Shown: positions 63,301 through 64,000 of the stretch, one piece after another
Numbering within the stretch: position 1 is the stretch's first letter
Layout: every line of letters starts with the position of its first letter
Source of the DNA: Macrostomum hystrix
Taxonomy: Eukaryota > Animalia > Platyhelminthes
DNA length: 64,000 nucleotides
Assembly (NCBI GenBank): GCA_950097015.1
Contig: CATNEN010000001.1
Coordinates: forward strand, 7,564,001 to 7,628,000
Direction of reading: 5' to 3'
Notes under the pieces: generated by a model
Databases searched by the model: none
Told to the model about the DNA's origin: nothing
What the model saw: only the letters and a program-made list of their open reading frames with translations
Made by a program: the position numbers and the translations under genes

Positions 63301-63670
63301 CCATGAGATTCTGCTTGTGAGCCTTCTGTTCTTCCGGCTCCATCCGGGTCTGATAGGCTTGCTCAAGCTGCACCTCAGTGTAAGCTGGCCTGGAAGCTAT
63401 CGTGCCAGCCGGAGTGAAGCCGTCCCCGGCGCCTCTGTTATCGTCGACGTCTTCGGCGACGCCGACGCTGAAGCCGCCTCCGCCACCGCCGCCTCCAGCG
63501 GCGTTGCCAACGCCTGCGGTGTCAGCCGGGATGGCCACCTGCAGCCTCAGATCCGAAGGAATCCTGCTTCGCCGATTGATAGAACCGCTGCCGCCGTTTG
63601 CGCCGCCATTGCCACCCGGTGTCGTCGGTGGTGGCGCAGCAGGACCACCGGCTGCCGGTTGGTCAGACAT
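54307..63670 (-). CDS. SLC26/SulP family anion transporter with STAS domain (prestin/pendrin-like), 13 coding exons, ~1015 aa
   Basis: Phase-consistent exons 63670-63133, 62825-62715, 62200-61997, 60821-60583, 59873-59715, 59636-59554, 58362-58014, 57528-57433, 57354-57178, 56671-56423, 56026-55664, 55575-55481, 54691-54307 (3048 nt). Motifs DLLSGISVG..IPQSIAYALLA, YFIFGTS, DPNQEMIAYG, SLYFAS, IILDLSACAFTD..G, FVTVHDAV; ends ETKF. Confidence 0.93.
56070..56285. repeat. 20-bp intronic minisatellite
   Basis: (CGCCTGACACCTCTCTGCCT)n. Confidence 0.9.
57597..57925 (+). mobile_element. tRNA-derived SINE, family B, near full length
   Basis: Head TGGCTTAGTGTT/GTTTGATTC; central GCAAGACACTTAA..CCAGCTGTTAAATGGG resembling conserved SINE core domains; CAGTCCATGGACTG palindrome; (ATT)n tail. 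Confidence 0.75.
58395..59545. repeat. 33-bp minisatellite filling almost an entire SLC26 intron
   Basis: (AGATAAGAGAGTGACAAGATTACATAACTAAT[C/T])n. Confidence 0.95.
59935..60500. repeat. 20-23-bp intronic minisatellite
   Basis: (AGTCTACCAAGTCTACTTCTCAC)n and shorter variants. Confidence 0.9.
60960..61100 (-). mobile_element. Partial SINE family B copy
   Basis: CAGCCGCAGCTAT..CATCTGA..GGCTGTTCAGTCCATGGACTGG..CTCTCAATTATCCCAGCT is the reverse complement of the 57740-57855 region. Confidence 0.7.
61110..61925. repeat. 19-21-bp intronic minisatellite
   Basis: (TAGATTAAGCTACAACCCCC)n. Confidence 0.93.
62305..62670. repeat. 22-bp intronic minisatellite
   Basis: (CTTCACAGATAATCTCACTCTA)n. Confidence 0.9.
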
Positions 63671-63789
63671 ATTGGGGACTTAGAGACGGCTGCCTGAACT
63701 GCTGCATGACGGAATTGGACTCATGATCGATAATAAGTGAATAATGAACAATTCCCAATAAACCATGACCGAAATCATTGTGAATCACC

Positions 63790-64000
63790 GGCCAGTCATA
63801 CTGAATGACCAATAATAATATATGACCAATCATACTGAATAACCAATATTAATATATGACCAATCATACTGAATGAACAATTATAATGAATGACCAATCA
63901 TACTGAATGACCAGTCAAACTGAATGACCAGTCAAACTGAATGACCAATAATAATATATGACCAATCATACTGAATGACCAATCATACTGAATGACCAAA
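63790..64000. repeat. ~17-bp minisatellite running off the window end
   Basis: (GACCAATCATACTGAAT)n. Confidence 0.85.

Overview
Eukaryotic, intron-rich and minisatellite-dense animal DNA. The style (GT-AG introns packed with 16-40 bp tandem arrays, tRNA-SINEs, Q/A-rich exons) resembles free-living flatworm genomes such as Macrostomum; that attribution is inference only. Three host genes were reconstructed by hand, all on the minus strand: (1) a RIM/rabphilin/Piccolo-type presynaptic protein with Rab-binding domain and Zn finger (23889 to beyond the window start); (2) a multi-copy neuropeptide prohormone (signal-peptide exon 35879-35823 plus 33658-32801) encoding 14 related (N/H/Y)(M/L)G(S/A)AMR(L/F) peptides; (3) a 13-exon SLC26/STAS anion transporter (63670-54307) with an atypical anion-binding site and a C-terminal ETKF. 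Between genes 2 and 3, an intact GC-rich non-LTR retrotransposon (ORF1 plus APE-RT-RNase H ORF2, LOA/Lian-like, 39965-46012) sits inside an 18-bp satellite. The strongest hidden signal is a complete HDV-like self-cleaving ribozyme fold at its 5' end, whose predicted cleavage nucleotide (46012) is exactly the element's 5' junction; two copies of another structured motif follow it. Also present: hAT-like MITEs carrying a 16-bp minisatellite, two tRNA-derived SINE families and about 20 tandem arrays.
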